Source of the DNA: Lama glama
Lineage: Eukaryota
NCBI GenBank assembly: GCA_028534125.1
Contig: CM052816.1
Location: 90,646,001-90,710,000, forward strand
DNA: 64,000 nucleotides
Direction of reading: 5' to 3'
The position numbers and the translations under genes are program-made. Below are positions 63,813-64,000 of the stretch, piece after piece. Below the pieces are notes generated by a model. It was given only the letters and a program-made list of their open reading frames with translations, had not been told where the DNA came from and did not search any database. How positions within the stretch are numbered: position 1 is the stretch's first letter; each line of letters opens with the position of its first letter.

Positions 63813-64000
63813 TGTTACCAAGTCCAAACTCATCCTGTTCGCTGCATGACAGGCTAGTAAATCGGGAGACGAGGTGTTGGGGCACGGAATAGCGACGTTA
63901 TTTGAGAAGCCGGCAGACCGAGAAGATGGCAGACTAATGTCCTGGAGAACCATGTTACCCAAGTCAGAATTCAGGCTTCTTTTATACTAAAAAGGGGAGG
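63813..64000 (-). mobile_element. ERV1-type LTR end, running off the window
   Basis: tgttaccaagtccaaactc...gagacgaggtgttggggcacggaatagcgac...gaagatggcagactaatgtc...tcttttatac. Confidence 0.7.

Overview
Mammalian genomic DNA with no recognisable intact protein-coding exon or RNA gene. It is most likely camelid, judged from five copies of a Vic-1-like tRNA-derived SINE and cetartiodactyl-type L1 3' ends. The window is intergenic or intronic and dominated by transposon relics (L1, L2, MIR, MaLR/ERVL/ERV1 LTRs, hAT and Tigger DNA elements), with one 500-N scaffold gap (22043-22542). The one gene-derived feature is a full-length processed pseudogene of lysyl-tRNA synthetase (KARS1, 25275-27409, +), copied from the exon-2-containing mitochondrial splice form and nested in an old L1 that interrupts a MER5A. 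The most unusual signal is an L1 fragment (20062-21476) whose last ~330 bp carry a dense, strand-specific A-to-G hypermutation resembling ADAR editing fixed in the genome. Also notable: a TSD-flanked orphan retroposed 3' end (2751-3187), a short L1 3' transduction tag, a local duplication around a poly(T)-headed insertion at the gap, an intact MER41-like solo LTR and several CTCF-like motifs. Repeat family names come from remembered consensus sequences and need RepeatMasker/Dfam confirmation. I found no evidence for a new multi-gene system.
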